In this document: positions 20,646 to 30,394 of the stretch, in pieces
Layout: each line of letters starts with the position of its first letter
How positions within the stretch are numbered: the first letter of the stretch is position 1
NCBI GenBank assembly: GCA_964650045.1
Contig: CAZYRT010000006.1
Coordinates: 3,576-67,575, forward strand
Direction of reading: 5' to 3'
Origin: an uncultured Ruminococcus sp.
GTDB taxonomy: Bacteria; Bacillota; Clostridia; Oscillospirales; CAG-382
DNA: 64,000 nt
Position numbers and translations under genes: made by a program
Notes under the pieces: generated by a model
The model's database searches: none
Told to the model about the DNA's origin: nothing
What the model saw: the letters and a program-made list of their open reading frames with translations, nothing else

Positions 20646-21371
20646 GTGAATCGATTGAGCAGTATTAAGGATTGGATTATCAAAATATCAAAGGGAATTT
20701 TCATCGGAGTAGGGACGCTGATACCCGGAGTAAGCGGTGGAACAGCAGCTATTGTAACTGGAGTTTTTGAAGGTCTTTTATATGCATTTTCAAATATATT
20801 CAAAAACTTTTTTGGTTCATTGAAATTTATCTCTCCCATTGGTATAGGGATAATCTTAGGTATATGCACATCTGTATACCCTATAAAATTTTTTTGTGTA
20901 CACTTCCCTGTCTTATCAAATTACATATTTTGTTTTATCTCATTAATCAGCACAATTATTTTCGTCAAAAAGACACTTAGATTTAATTGTACAGTAAAAA
21001 AGGTCATTTCTGTATTTTCAGGTGTTTTTATAGCATTCTCAATTTCCTATATTACAATATATTTTCAATTTTCAAACGAAGATATGGGTATCATTGGAAT
21101 TATATTAATAGGCATATTGTTATCTATCGCTCTTGTTTTACCTGCAATCAGCTTTTCTTATATGCTTTTGTTTTTTGGATTATATGAAAGAACACTTGAT
21201 GCAATATCAAGTATGGATTTATATTTCTTAATTCCTTTAGTTATCGGTGTTTTATCAGGTTCATTTATCTTCTCAAAGCTATTATTAAAAGCTATAAATG
21301 AATATCAGCAAGAAACCTATTCCTTTATATTGGGGTTTGTTTTATGCTCATTAATTGAAATAGTCGTTTAA
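20646..21371 (+). CDS. DUF368-family membrane protein (family recently linked to undecaprenyl-phosphate recycling)
   Basis: The hallmark N-terminal motif is GVGTLIPGVSGGTAAIV and the protein is polytopic. The GTG start is uncertain. Confidence 0.7.
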   Translation: MNRLSSIKDWIIKISKGIFIGVGTLIPGVSGGTAAIVTGVFEGLLYAFSNIFKNFFGSLKFISPIGIGIILGICTSVYPIKFFCVHFPVLSNYIFCFISLISTIIFVKKTLRFNCTVKKVISVFSGVFIAFSISYITIYFQFSNEDMGIIGIILIGILLSIALVLPAISFSYMLLFFGLYERTLDAISSMDLYFLIPLVIGVLSGSFIFSKLLLKAINEYQQETYSFILGFVLCSLIEIVV

Positions 21372-21456
21372 AATGAAAAATGTTAACAAATTATTAACCA
21401 ATAGAGCCTTTTTAAATGCTATTATAATATAAAATATGTTTTTAGGAAGTTTATAA

Positions 21457-22500
21457 ATGATAACAAAGAGTCTTACCAAAGCTTTGGAAGAGCTTGGTTT
21501 CAGCTATGCAGAATATCCCAATTCCGATAAAAACCATGTATATGCATTATACGGCGGTTATTTGGTAACCGTTTATGAATCGGCAGGAAAAAAGGTTGCG
21601 TATTTCAACTTTAAATTTTCCGACAACGAAGAAAATGTGCTGAAAAGGTACGATATGTCTGAAACCTTTTCTGCAGAATTGGAGGAATATGCTGTCTGTG
21701 ATTATTCCCTTTCGGAGGACGGTATGCGTGTATTTTCTACAGGTACCGTTCCCGTTTTCCTGAAGCTTATTGACAGATGCATTACATTGCTTATTGAAAA
21801 TGAGATCAAAGGCGCAGGATATTGCTCTTCCTGCGGTAATAAATTCGGCACAAGAAACCCGAAAAAGGTTACAGACGGAAAAGAAAACTATTTAATGTGC
21901 GATCATTGTGCCCTCGAAAGAGTTGAAGAGGTTAAAAACCGCGCTGTTGCTTCCGATTCTCAGAAAAATTCAAAATTGCCCATGGGTATTTTAGGCTCCT
22001 GCCTATTCTCCCTTATTGGTGTTGCTCTGTATTTTGTTTTGTATTATTGGCTTTCTCCTGCTGTTAATACCACAGGAAACAGTGAAATAAGATATATTTT
22101 CTGTGCAACAGGCTTTATCGTTTCCCTTTTGGCATATATAGGCTACAGAGTTTTCTCTAAGAAAGCTGAAATCGGCGCATACATTGTTATTTCAATAAAT
22201 ACTGTTTTGTTTACCGCTATCGGTCAATATTTGGGCATTGTTTTTGAATTTATTGCTAAAAACGGTTTTTCTGTCAGCGCACTTAGCAACAAGCATTTTT
22301 GGTTGGTTCATTTACGCAACACTATTCCTTCCGATGTATCAGAGCTTTTTGTTGACTATTCAGGTGTATTTTATAAGCTTTTGGCGATCAGCCTTATGTT
22401 TGCTGTTGTAGGCGCGGCAATATTTCTTCTTTCATTACATGAAAAATCCGTTGTGACCAAAGAAACAGCCGAAGTAGAAACAATCGTAATCAAAAAATAG
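21457..22500 (+). CDS. Hypothetical membrane protein with a cytoplasmic zinc-ribbon-like segment
   Basis: An AGGAAG RBS is present. The motif CSSCGNKF..CDHCA is followed by about 5 hydrophobic helices. Confidence 0.6.
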   Translation: MITKSLTKALEELGFSYAEYPNSDKNHVYALYGGYLVTVYESAGKKVAYFNFKFSDNEENVLKRYDMSETFSAELEEYAVCDYSLSEDGMRVFSTGTVPVFLKLIDRCITLLIENEIKGAGYCSSCGNKFGTRNPKKVTDGKENYLMCDHCALERVEEVKNRAVASDSQKNSKLPMGILGSCLFSLIGVALYFVLYYWLSPAVNTTGNSEIRYIFCATGFIVSLLAYIGYRVFSKKAEIGAYIVISINTVLFTAIGQYLGIVFEFIAKNGFSVSALSNKHFWLVHLRNTIPSDVSELFVDYSGVFYKLLAISLMFAVVGAAIFLLSLHEKSVVTKETAEVETIVIKK

Positions 22501-22514
22501 CAGATCAAACAAAA

Positions 22515-22552
22515 ATACTATAACTGAGCTCGATTCGGTTATAGTATTTTTT
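22515..22552. terminator. Bidirectional intrinsic terminator
   Basis: A 10-bp stem (atactataac / gttatagtat) has T-runs after it on both strands. Confidence 0.6.
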
Positions 22553-22561
22553 ATATTCAAA

Positions 22562-23608
22562 TTACAAATCTAATTTTAAATCGCCGTATTCAATCCAATT
22601 TAGCTTGCGCATAATTTCGCTAAACAACAATGTGAGTAATGCGGGAAAAACGAAACATAGCAATATCAAGCTTATCCAGAACAGAGGAGATGAAACATCG
22701 CTTTCGGCAATAACACCCAAAGGACCGACAATACCGCAGGTACCCATACCTGCAGAAACGCCGGTATTGGTCATTTCACAAATCATGGTTGAAACAGGAC
22801 CGAGTATTGCCGAAGACAAAATGGTGGGAATCCAAATAATGGGCTTTTTGATAATATTACCCATTTGGAGCATAGATGTTCCCAATCCTTGGGCAACCAA
22901 ACCGCCGACTTTATTCTCCCGGTAACTCATTACGGCAAAGCCAACCATTTGGCAGCAGCATCCTACTGTTGCCGCACCACCTGCAAGTCCTGTTATACCT
23001 ATCATGGCGCAGATAGCGGCAGAGCTTATGGGTAAAGTCAAAAGAATACCAACAACAACCGAAACGATAATACCCATAACAAAAGGATGCATCTCGGTAG
23101 TTTTGTTAATAAACTCACCTAAATAATACATTCCGCGAGCGATCCAAGGACACAAAAGCCAGGAAACGGCATAGCCCGAAAGAATTGTTACCAAAGGTGT
23201 TACCAATATGTCAACCTTGGTTTCCTTATAAACAAGCTTGCCCAGCTCACAAGCCACAAGAACAGCAATAAAAGCTCCTGCAGGTCCTGCTGTATATGTA
23301 GTGCCTTCTGTGGCGAAGGAATATCCGATAGCACCAACCACAGAAGAAGAAAACAATACCAAGCCCTCAGCCTTTAACGCATAGGCAACTGCAATACCTA
23401 TGGTCGCTCCGCAAACATTGGCATTTTTCGCAAATGCAGCAATCTCATTAAGAAAGGAAGCATTTGTCCAATTACCGAGAGTGCCGAGTATTGTACCGAT
23501 AAGGAGAGATGCAAAAAGACCTTGAGCCATTGCGCCCATTGCATTAACAAAATAATTTTTCCAAGAAATATCGATTTTCTTTTTGTTAAGAAATTCTTTA
23601 AACTTCAT
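22562..23608 (-). CDS. PTS EIIC_2-like membrane protein (orphan; no EIIA/EIIB nearby)
   Basis: The N-terminus MKFKEFLNKKKIDISWKNYFVNAMGAMAQGLFASLLIGTI matches my memory of the PTS_EIIC_2 family. The protein is polytopic. ATG 23608 has an AAGGAG RBS. Confidence 0.55.
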   Translation of the reverse strand: MKFKEFLNKKKIDISWKNYFVNAMGAMAQGLFASLLIGTILGTLGNWTNASFLNEIAAFAKNANVCGATIGIAVAYALKAEGLVLFSSSVVGAIGYSFATEGTTYTAGPAGAFIAVLVACELGKLVYKETKVDILVTPLVTILSGYAVSWLLCPWIARGMYYLGEFINKTTEMHPFVMGIIVSVVVGILLTLPISSAAICAMIGITGLAGGAATVGCCCQMVGFAVMSYRENKVGGLVAQGLGTSMLQMGNIIKKPIIWIPTILSSAILGPVSTMICEMTNTGVSAGMGTCGIVGPLGVIAESDVSSPLFWISLILLCFVFPALLTLLFSEIMRKLNWIEYGDLKLDL

Positions 23609-23683
23609 TTTTATGCTCCTTGACCATTTTTTACATTTTATCTCCATATACAACACTTTGTCAATGTAACATTTTCATAATAT

Positions 23684-24457
23684 TCAGCTCATTTGCTTTC
23701 TCATTTTTTCCAATGCTGTTTTTTCCAATCTACTGACCTGCGCTTGAGATATACCTATTTCCTTGGAAACTTCCGTTTGGGTTTTTCCACGGTAGAATCT
23801 CATCAACAAGATCATTCTTTCTCTGTCTCCCAAGGTTTTAATTGCACTGTTTATGGCAATATTGTCAAGCCATAATTCATCGTTCGAATTTTCATCCTTT
23901 ATTTGATCCAACACATAAAGAGAATCACCGTTATCGGAATACACAGGGTCATAAATAGAAATCGGTTCTGAAATGGCTTCAAGGGCTCTTGTAACCATTT
24001 TTCTGTCCTCTTGTATTTCTTTTGCAATTTCTTCAATCGTCGGCTCATGTGACAATATTGACGACAAATGCTCTTTTGCCTTTAATGCACGGTAAGCAAG
24101 GTCACGCAATGAACGCGGAACTCTGATAGGATTAAAGTCTCTTAAATACCTTCTTAATTCACCTATGATCATTGGAACCGCATAGGTTGAAAACTTTACC
24201 TCCAAATTAGGGTCAAAGTTATCGATAGCTTTTATTAATCCGATACAGCCTACCTGAAACAAATCGTCGGGATTTTCATTTCGGTTTCTGAAGGATTGAA
24301 TAACACTTAAAACCAGCCTTAAATTTCCGTTTATAAGCTCTTCTCTTGCATTTTTGTTACCCGAACGTGCTTTAACAAGCAATTCCATTTTTTCCTTTTC
24401 TGTGAGAACCTTTAGCTTTGAAGTATTTACACCGCATATTTCAACTTTATTATACAT
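23684..24457 (-). CDS. sigG: Forespore-specific RNA polymerase sigma factor SigG
   Basis: The N-terminus NKVEICGVNTSKLKVL and the block NGNLRLVLSVIQSF..DDLFQVGCIGLIKAIDNFD..VKFSTYAVPMIIGELRRYLRD closely parallel B. subtilis SigG. Confidence 0.9.
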   Translation of the reverse strand: MYNKVEICGVNTSKLKVLTEKEKMELLVKARSGNKNAREELINGNLRLVLSVIQSFRNRNENPDDLFQVGCIGLIKAIDNFDPNLEVKFSTYAVPMIIGELRRYLRDFNPIRVPRSLRDLAYRALKAKEHLSSILSHEPTIEEIAKEIQEDRKMVTRALEAISEPISIYDPVYSDNGDSLYVLDQIKDENSNDELWLDNIAINSAIKTLGDRERMILLMRFYRGKTQTEVSKEIGISQAQVSRLEKTALEKMRKQMS

Positions 24458-24528
24458 ATAAAACCTCCGAAATGGACTAACTTTAGTGTTGCCCTTTCGA
24501 AGGTTTTAAATTCTTTTATTAAAGCTGA

Positions 24529-25812
24529 TTAAGTGAACTGATTGTTACCTTTTTCTTTTTTCTTCTTAACAATATTAAAGGAGCAGTTAAAAACCGTACC
24601 GTTTTCAGCATCGCTCGATACCGAAATAGTTCCCTCGTTGTTTTCAATTACTCGCTTTGCGATAGACAGTCCCAGACCGCTTCCGCCCTTTTCTCTTGAG
24701 CGAGCCTTATCAACACGATAAAATCTGTCAAAAATCAAGGGGATACTTTCTTTGGGAATTGGTTCGCCTGTATTAAAAACAGAAATAACAGCCTTGTCTC
24801 CGTTAACGTATAAGGTCAATCTTATCCTTCCGTTTTCGTTGGAATATTTGACAGCATTATCCAGCAAAATTGCAATAAGCTGTTTTATAGAGCCAGATTC
24901 GCCATTTATAATTATATCCGGTTGAATATCGATAACAAATTCCTTTCGATTTTCAAAGCAAACACTTTCGAACGGAAGAGCTATCTCGTAAGCCAAATTG
25001 CTTAAATCAAGCTCATCTAAAACAAGCTTTCCGTTTTCCTCATCGGTCTTTGCGAGATAAAGCATCATATTGAGAAGCTCGGTCATTCTTCCTGTTTCAT
25101 CCTTAATATATCCAAGCCATTTGTTTTCATCTCTTACCTTAGAATCCTCATGTGATAGGATAATATCGGTATTAGTAGAAATTACTGCAATAGGCGTTTT
25201 TAATTCATGAGATATGTCCGCAACAAGTTGTTTTTGTTGTTTAATAGATTTGTCAACGGGTTTAACAGCTATGCCTGCAACTATTATTGAAATTATCAAA
25301 AATGCCGCAAATGCAACTATGCCAACAGTTAATAACGATATAAAAAGTTTATTTAGGTTATCATCTTCATATCGTTTGTCCAGCAAAACTATTCTTAAAC
25401 CAACAACCGTTTCGGTGCAAAAATATCTTAGGTCATATTCCTCTAATACACCTTCGGGACTATTTTGATTACCAACAGTATGGATAAGAGAATTTATATA
25501 TTCTATCTGCTCTTCCGAAAGATTTTCAACATCACCGAAACCGTCAACATAGCAGGTATTAGTTTTTGTGTTTAAGTCTATTGTATAAGTAGAAATATAT
25601 GATTTAGAATTCGGCTTATTTTCGGCTCCATGCTGAAATATACCTTCTGCTCCGCCGTAGTCGGAATGAGCAATATCGTGCATGGCATCAATACTGCTTT
25701 GTTCAAGATCCTTTGCGGTATTTACATAGAGGAATGCGAATGCAGAAACCATAACTATGGTTATAGATATCATTGTTGTAAGAATAAATTTGATTTTTAG
25801 TTTGCGTATCAA
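24529..25812 (-). CDS. Sensor histidine kinase (two TM helices and a ~130-aa extracytoplasmic loop)
   Basis: The H-box is SHELKTPI, the N-box is LLDNAVKYS and the G-box is GGSGLGLSI. The TTG start overlaps the regulator stop (TTGA). Confidence 0.85.
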   Translation of the reverse strand: MIRKLKIKFILTTMISITIVMVSAFAFLYVNTAKDLEQSSIDAMHDIAHSDYGGAEGIFQHGAENKPNSKSYISTYTIDLNTKTNTCYVDGFGDVENLSEEQIEYINSLIHTVGNQNSPEGVLEEYDLRYFCTETVVGLRIVLLDKRYEDDNLNKLFISLLTVGIVAFAAFLIISIIVAGIAVKPVDKSIKQQKQLVADISHELKTPIAVISTNTDIILSHEDSKVRDENKWLGYIKDETGRMTELLNMMLYLAKTDEENGKLVLDELDLSNLAYEIALPFESVCFENRKEFVIDIQPDIIINGESGSIKQLIAILLDNAVKYSNENGRIRLTLYVNGDKAVISVFNTGEPIPKESIPLIFDRFYRVDKARSREKGGSGLGLSIAKRVIENNEGTISVSSDAENGTVFNCSFNIVKKKKEKGNNQFT

Positions 25813-26495
25813 GAATTTTCATCCCTTTGCATATCAAGATGGTAGCCGATCTTTCTTACAGTCGTAATTCCGACTTTCGATTTTAAGAACTGAAGCTTTT
25901 TCCGGATAAATGAAATATAAACCTCCACATTATTATCCTCAGCTTCGGATAGGAATCCCCAAACCTTTGTAATTATATCCTCTTTTGAGAATATTCGCGT
26001 CGGGTTTCCAAGCATCATTTTAAGTATTTCAAATTCTTTGTGTCCTATGCGAACGCTTTTATTATTACAGGAAAGGGTATAACCGTTAAGGTCCAGTATC
26101 AAATCACCAAAAGATAATTCATCGATAATAACTTCCCCTTTTCTGCGGGAAAGAGCTCTTATTCTGGCGAGAAGCTCATCTTTTGAAAATGGTTTTGTTA
26201 AATAATCGTCTGCGCCGTAATCCAAGCCCTTGACCTTATCGCTTATTTCATCTCTTGCCGTAAGAAGAATTATAGGAGTCCTTATTTTCTTGGCACGAAG
26301 CTGTTTTAATACCTCAAACCCATTTATCTTAGGAAGCATTATATCTAAAACAATAACATCATAAATACCCGATTCGGCATAAGCCAATCCATCTTCACCG
26401 TTATAAACTGCATCACAACTATATTTTTGAGAACGGAATATTTCACATATACTGTCTGCCAAACGGCGTTCATCATCAACTACCAGAATATTCAT
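25809..26495 (-). CDS. OmpR-family response regulator
   Basis: The receiver domain has VDDE and VLDIMLP. The winged-helix C-terminus has TVRKIGY. An AGGAGG RBS is present. Confidence 0.9.
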   Translation of the reverse strand: MNILVVDDERRLADSICEIFRSQKYSCDAVYNGEDGLAYAESGIYDVIVLDIMLPKINGFEVLKQLRAKKIRTPIILLTARDEISDKVKGLDYGADDYLTKPFSKDELLARIRALSRRKGEVIIDELSFGDLILDLNGYTLSCNNKSVRIGHKEFEILKMMLGNPTRIFSKEDIITKVWGFLSEAEDNNVEVYISFIRKKLQFLKSKVGITTVRKIGYHLDMQRDENS

Positions 26496-26568
26496 TATAT
26501 ACCTCCTAATCTGTAATTTCTTTTACATTAAAGCATTTTACTTAAACTCAACTTAAATTACTTAATTT

Positions 26569-28509
26569 CTATGCCAAAACCTCATTTAGATCCAAATTAA
26601 TGATATCCTCATGCCAGGTATAATTTGCTGTATAATCTGACAGCATTGTTTCTTCGGCAACAAAATAATTGTTTACAACAAAAGCCGATTTTCGCTGATA
26701 CAATGGAACCTCAACAGCCCAATCCAAAATGATTTCGTAGCAATTTTTATAAGCAGTTTTCTTAAATTCAAGATCAGTGGATGAGAAAGCCATGGCTATA
26801 AGACTGTCTAATTCCTTGTCGGATATATCATAATCGTTGGAATCTGTTCCACCGTTACCGTCTATATTAGAGGAATGATATAATTGATAAATGCTGTTGT
26901 CGGAATAATTATCCCAAGCCGCAGCCCATATTTGACAATTACCGTTATCCAAAGCATCCCAGAGCTGTAGTGAATCTTTGATATCGTTAATAATAAGCTT
27001 TAAACCAAGCTTTTCAAAGGCTGTTTTCGCATTTTCAAAAATCTTATATGCAGGATGATCGCCTATCCCGTCACCCAAAACCATAATTTCATAGGTCATG
27101 GACGATCCTTCGGGCGCGGCAATAAATTTTGAGGTTTCAATGTCATAATAGTATCCTGCGGCAATCAAATATGCCTTCGCGGCATCTAACGCGGCTGAAA
27201 ATTTTTTCTCTTGTGTCATATCGGATTTATAGATTTCGAAATTATTTATACTTTTTGAAAAAGCAATTTCGTAGAAACCGTCGGAAACCTTAGGCGCCGC
27301 CCAAAAAGAATTAGAAGCAGGATAATTGATAACCTCTGCGCTTTCACCGAAATATTCCTGTATAGCATCTTCTCTGTAAACCGAGAACACAGTTGCCAAT
27401 GCTTTTCTTAAATATTTAGATTCATTTGAATCCTTCTCTGTTCCCACCTTAACCGTATCGGCACAAATACCGATATATCCGTAACCTAAATTATCATAAA
27501 CATAGGTTCTCAATACAGAGCCATCAAGAGAACCTCCATTAACTGTTTTTATGGATTCTTCAGCAGATTTATTAAAAGTGATATCCGCTATATGTATTAC
27601 TCCGTCAAGAATGCCTTGTATACGTTCCGATTCGTCAACACTTCGAAATTCAATAAAGCTAATTTTAGGTTCACCTTTATAATAGTCTTTATTTCTTTCA
27701 AGATATACAATACCGTTTTTATATTTATCGAATTTATATGAGCCTGTTCCGAGAGGCTCGTTATTTGTTATATTAGCTGAAGATATATCTCCTTTTTTGA
27801 AGCCAAATTTATTATTATCATAGTCATACATATCCTCGTCCCCGTAATAATGCAAGGGCGCTATAGGAATAGAAAGAGAGAAAAGCATTGAGGTATCTAA
27901 ATATTCAAAATCAATTACAATAGTATTGTCATTTTTCTTAGTTATGCCTTCGATGCTCTTAGATTTACCGTTTCTGTAATCGGACATACCTGTTATTGGG
28001 AGATTATAAAAGGTCATAGGACCGTTATAGGATTTATCGGCAAGGACGTACATAGAGAAAATAACATCATCTGCATTCAAAACTTCCCCATCGCTGAATT
28101 TAACGTCATTCCTCAAGGTAATCGTCACAACAGCAGTCAAATCGCTATTGTACTTTATAGTAATATCAGATAAACCTTTATAGGAATATTTCTTTCCGTT
28201 ATAGGAAGATTCTTCACCATCTATACCCTTTTCTATCAAGATTCCCTGTCTGTCAAATGTCAAAAGTTTGTCGAAAATCATATCAATAACATTTTTATCG
28301 CTGAGGGGTTCCGCGAAAAACGGATTGAAATCACCTTTAAAATCTGAGCATCCAACAACAAGAATATTAGGCTTTTCGGTGATAGCCTCGTGGGAAGCTT
28401 CGCTTTCTACAGAAACCGAAACAACTTCTATATCCTCGTTTCCACAGGAAGAAAATGTGAATAGTAAAACAAATGACAAAATCGCCAGAAGGATTCTTTT
28501 TGAATACAT
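26569..28509 (-). CDS. Family-5 (OppA/DppA-type) extracellular solute-binding lipoprotein, orphan
   Basis: The lipobox is FSSCG. The protein is 646 aa with SBP_bac_5-like sequence features. No permease or ATPase genes are adjacent. Confidence 0.75.
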   Translation of the reverse strand: MYSKRILLAILSFVLLFTFSSCGNEDIEVVSVSVESEASHEAITEKPNILVVGCSDFKGDFNPFFAEPLSDKNVIDMIFDKLLTFDRQGILIEKGIDGEESSYNGKKYSYKGLSDITIKYNSDLTAVVTITLRNDVKFSDGEVLNADDVIFSMYVLADKSYNGPMTFYNLPITGMSDYRNGKSKSIEGITKKNDNTIVIDFEYLDTSMLFSLSIPIAPLHYYGDEDMYDYDNNKFGFKKGDISSANITNNEPLGTGSYKFDKYKNGIVYLERNKDYYKGEPKISFIEFRSVDESERIQGILDGVIHIADITFNKSAEESIKTVNGGSLDGSVLRTYVYDNLGYGYIGICADTVKVGTEKDSNESKYLRKALATVFSVYREDAIQEYFGESAEVINYPASNSFWAAPKVSDGFYEIAFSKSINNFEIYKSDMTQEKKFSAALDAAKAYLIAAGYYYDIETSKFIAAPEGSSMTYEIMVLGDGIGDHPAYKIFENAKTAFEKLGLKLIINDIKDSLQLWDALDNGNCQIWAAAWDNYSDNSIYQLYHSSNIDGNGGTDSNDYDISDKELDSLIAMAFSSTDLEFKKTAYKNCYEIILDWAVEVPLYQRKSAFVVNNYFVAEETMLSDYTANYTWHEDIINLDLNEVLA

Positions 28510-28535
28510 TAATCAAGCACCTCCAATCTTGTTTG

Positions 28536-28564
28536 ATTATAACAAAATTATACTTTATTGTCAA
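28536..28564 (-). promoter_or_regulatory. Near-consensus sigma-A promoter for the SBP/two-component genes
   Basis: On the minus strand it reads TTGACA, a 17-nt spacer, then TGtTATAAT. Confidence 0.55.
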
Positions 28565-28626
28565 ATTTTACCAAAATATGACAATTATATAGCAACAAGA
28601 ATTTTTAAAAATATTTACTTTTTCTA

Positions 28627-28655
28627 TTCACAAAATAATTTGATTATGATATAAT
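28627..28655 (+). promoter_or_regulatory. Sigma-A-type promoter for eda
   Basis: It reads TTCACA, a 17-nt spacer, then TGaTATAAT, about 30 nt upstream of the ATG. Confidence 0.5.
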
Positions 28656-28685
28656 GAAAGAAATAAAAATTTACAGGAGAATATT

Positions 28686-29267
28686 ATGATAAACGACTTC
28701 AAATTTATCCCTGTCGTTGTTATCAATGACATTTCCGAAACCGAACATATCCTTGGTGATCTTTGCAAGGGCGGTCTTCCCTGCGCAGAAATTACATTCC
28801 GCACACCTTGCGCGGCTGATGCTATCAAATTGGGTAAAGAGCTTTATCCCGATATGTGCATCGGTGCAGGCACAATTATTAACCTCGACCAATGCTTGAA
28901 GGCACTCGAAGCAGGCGCAGAATTTATTGTTTCTCCCGGTCTCTCTGAGGATGTTGCAAAATATTGCGTTGCTAACAATATTCCCTATTTCCCCGGCTGT
29001 GTTACACCTACCGAAATTATGGCAGCTATCGCATTGGGAATCACTACCGTTAAGTTCTTCCCTGCCGGAGTTTATGGCGGTTTGAAAGCTCTTAAAGCGC
29101 TTGCTGCTCCTTTCCCCCAGATTAAGTTTGTTCCTACCGGCGGAGTGGATATGAACAATATCGATGAATTCCTCGCATTTGATAAGATTCAGGCTATCGG
29201 CGGTTCCTTTATTATGAAGGGCAATATCGCTGAAAACACAGCATTGCTTGTTGAAAAATTGAAATAA
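28686..29267 (+). CDS. eda: KDPG/KHG aldolase (Eda family)
   Basis: The motif GGLPCAEITFRTP and the Schiff-base Lys context TTVKFFPA are present. An AGGAG RBS is present. Confidence 0.85.
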   Translation: MINDFKFIPVVVINDISETEHILGDLCKGGLPCAEITFRTPCAADAIKLGKELYPDMCIGAGTIINLDQCLKALEAGAEFIVSPGLSEDVAKYCVANNIPYFPGCVTPTEIMAAIALGITTVKFFPAGVYGGLKALKALAAPFPQIKFVPTGGVDMNNIDEFLAFDKIQAIGGSFIMKGNIAENTALLVEKLK

Positions 29268-29274
29268 GTCTTAT

Positions 29275-29310
29275 AAGGTACAGAAATCAATCTGTACCTT
29301 TTTCTTTTTC
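29275..29310 (+). terminator. Intrinsic terminator after eda
   Basis: A 10-bp stem (aaggtacaga / tctgtacctt) with a 6-nt loop is followed by a T-rich tail. Confidence 0.7.
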
Positions 29311-29315
29311 ATCTA

Positions 29316-29346
29316 TTGACATTGACCTTAGGTAAAGTGATATAAT
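29316..29346 (+). promoter_or_regulatory. MerR-type promoter: TTGACA, 19-bp spacer, TGaTATAAT, with a palindromic operator in the spacer
   Basis: The -35 element is at 29316-29321 and the -10 at 29341-29346. The 19-bp spacer contains TTGACCTTAGGTAAA, in which 6 of 7 positions pair as an inverted repeat. Confidence 0.5.
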
Positions 29347-29366
29347 ATTGCCAAAGAGGTGATGAA

Positions 29367-29805
29367 ATGGAAAAGCTAACCGATATAAACGAGGTTTGCA
29401 GACTTTTAAACACAACATCAAGAACACTTCGTTTTTATGAAAGCAAAGGAATATATTTTATATTAATGATTGTCTTTACAATTTTATTTAATGAGGTTAA
29501 GCAAAATGAGGTTATCGGCATAAGAACCTCTGCTACATTAAAATATAAAGAGGTTTGGGACAGATCGCACAAGCTTGCATCTTATGTTTTTTTCGTTGTT
29601 TCTTCCCTTTTCCTACACAACAATTTTCTTAAACAGCGGTTGGCTTAAATTTATTCTGACAAATATATCCATTTTAATGCCCTGTATAATCGGATTTATT
29701 ATATCCCATATAGTTGCAAAGCCCTTTATCGAATCCGATTATAATCGTTACCAGGATGATTTGAAACGGCAAATGAAATTAGAAGAAGAAGGAAAGATAA
29801 AATAA
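29367..29805 (+). pseudogene. Gene remnant: MerR-family HTH N-terminus (28 aa) fused to an SdpI-like membrane protein, itself frameshifted in a T7 run
   Basis: MEKLTDINEVCRLLNTTSRTLRFYESKG switches abruptly to the membrane sequence ..NEVIGIRTSATLKYKEVW... The reading frame changes at the T7 run (29587-29593) into the frame of ORF 29575..29805. Confidence 0.55.
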
Positions 29806-29848
29806 TTATATATTAATAGACAAAGAGGAAAGCGATGGTAAATTATAA

Positions 29849-30307
29849 ATGTGTTTGATTTGTGACAGAATAAAAAAGATAAAAAATAACGAGAACCCAT
29901 ATTTTGTAAAAGAGCTGGAAACAGGTTATGTTGTTTTAGGTGATAATCAGCATTTCAAGGGATATACATTATTTTTATGCAAGGAACACAAAAGTGAACT
30001 ATTTCAACTGGATAAGAATTTTAAAACAAAGTTTTTGGAAGAAATGACTATTGTTGCAGAGGCTGTTTCAAAAGCATTTCCTTGCGATAAGCTTAATTAT
30101 GAGCTTTTAGGTAACGGCGATTCCCACCTTCATTGGCATATTTTCCCTAGAAGAAACGGTGATTTGGGTGACTACGGTAATAACGGAAAAGGACCCGTTT
30201 GGTGGTATCCCAAAGAAAAAATGTATAGCGATGAAAACAAGCCTTCAAAAGAAGAATTGAAAGAAATGGTTGCTTTACTTACCTGTGAGCTTGAAATTTC
30301 AACATGA
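29849..30307 (+). CDS. HIT-family (histidine triad) protein
   Basis: The histidine triad is HLHWHIFPR and the N-terminus has a CLIC motif. Confidence 0.85.
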   Translation: MCLICDRIKKIKNNENPYFVKELETGYVVLGDNQHFKGYTLFLCKEHKSELFQLDKNFKTKFLEEMTIVAEAVSKAFPCDKLNYELLGNGDSHLHWHIFPRRNGDLGDYGNNGKGPVWWYPKEKMYSDENKPSKEELKEMVALLTCELEIST

Positions 30308-30394
30308 TAGCGTTTTTTTTATTGACATTATATCATAATAGTGATATACGTTGGATATCAATTACTAAACAACTTAACTGAGGTTTAATATATT

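Noticed and set aside
20603-20869. An 88-aa minus-strand ORF overlaps the start of the DUF368 gene.
   Set aside because: It is a shadow of the plus-strand gene, whose PGVSGGT motif is diagnostic.
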